A stretch of DNA of 63,839 nucleotides, filler included, from Octopus bimaculoides (lineage: Eukaryota): the NCBI RefSeq assembly GCF_001194135.2. It is 5 parts of 5 records of this genome, joined end to end, with 100 filler letters (N's around TTAATTAATTAA, not from the genome) between each part and the next. Parts side by side here need not be neighbours in the genome. Positions count along the whole stretch, not along the records: positions 61,381 to 63,839 come from NW_026360329.1; 4 more parts are not named here. One strand, 5' to 3'. The translations under genes were made by a program, and so were the position numbers. This document shows, piece after piece, positions 63,162 through 63,839 of the stretch (position 1 is its first letter; the number at the start of each line of letters is the position of its first letter). The notes under the pieces are model-generated. The model was not told where the DNA came from, did no database searches, and saw nothing but the letters and a program-made list of their open reading frames with translations.

Positions 63162-63556
63162 TGGCCTTGCTCTATATGTAAGAAGGGTGTTGGTGGAGAC
63201 TCCATACGTTGTACCCAGTGCAAGCTTTGGACGTAGAAGAGGTGTAGTAGTATCACAGGGAGATTAACGAGAATATAGTTTTTGTGTATTGCAAATCTGC
63301 AGCTACAATAAGCACTAAAAATACACAGACAATAGACTCGCTCAAACGCTCAGAGGGATCATTAGAAGTTATAGATAGCCTCTGTTACCTGGAGACCAAG
63401 TTAGCAGTGGTGGAGGAAGTTCTAAAAGTGTATTTGCTAGAATAAGAACAGGTTGGGCAAAGTTCAGAGAGCTTTTGTTGGTAACTAAGGGCTTCTACCT
63501 CAGGGTGAAAGGCAGATTGTATAATGCTTGTGTTGCATGGCTGTGAAACATGGGCT
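63162..63556 (+). mobile_element. RTE LINE RT fragment with embedded PHD-like Cys/His cluster
   Basis: WPCSICKKGVGGDSIRCTQCKLWT*KRCSSITGRL..; DSLCYL..SSGGG..ARIRTGWAKFREL..RVKGRLYNACV..GCETW. Confidence 0.8.
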
Positions 63557-63593
63557 ATGATTTGGTAGACAGAAACTGAAAGAAGCCCATCAT

Positions 63594-63628
<35 letters not shown>

Positions 63629-63654
63629 TCATTTCTGTGTGTCTGTTTCTTGTT

Positions 63655-63839
63655 TCTTTATTGCCCACAAGGGGCTAAACATAGAGGGGACAAACAAGGA
63701 CAGACAAAGGGATTAAGTCGATTACATCGACCCCAGAGCATAACTGGTACTTAATTTATCGACCCTGAAAGGATGAAAGGCAAAGTCGACCTCGACGGAA
63801 TTTGAACTCAGAACGTAACAGCAGACGAAATACCGCTAA
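63655..63839 (-). mobile_element. SINE family B (5' end beyond the window)
   Basis: High similarity to 15023-15200. Confidence 0.9.

Overview
AT-rich, gap-ridden eukaryotic scaffold from a draft assembly. The repeat families look like those of an octopus or other coleoid cephalopod; this is recognition only, not a database result. No host gene, tRNA, rRNA or CRISPR array can be supported. The window is a mosaic of microsatellites, tRNA-head SINEs, RTE LINE pieces and 3' tails, at least six R4/Dong-type (RT + CCHC + RLE) fragments, three mariner remnants and about seven Penelope-like element (PLE) fragments of two types. The strongest signal is a dispersed set of minimal hammerhead-ribozyme (HHR) motifs with short palindromic stem III (19.3, 25.3, 27.9 and 37.5 kb) in PLE pseudo-LTR-like sequence. 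One lies at the exact centre of a 173-bp-arm fold-back, and another lies inside an interleaved inverted-repeat knot. Also present: a PLE with an inverted pseudo-LTR (50.4-52.4 kb), two further long hairpins, a 31/36-nt alternating GATCA minisatellite and a structured tandem unit in RTE 3' tails. TE boundaries are approximate and all alignments were made by eye.
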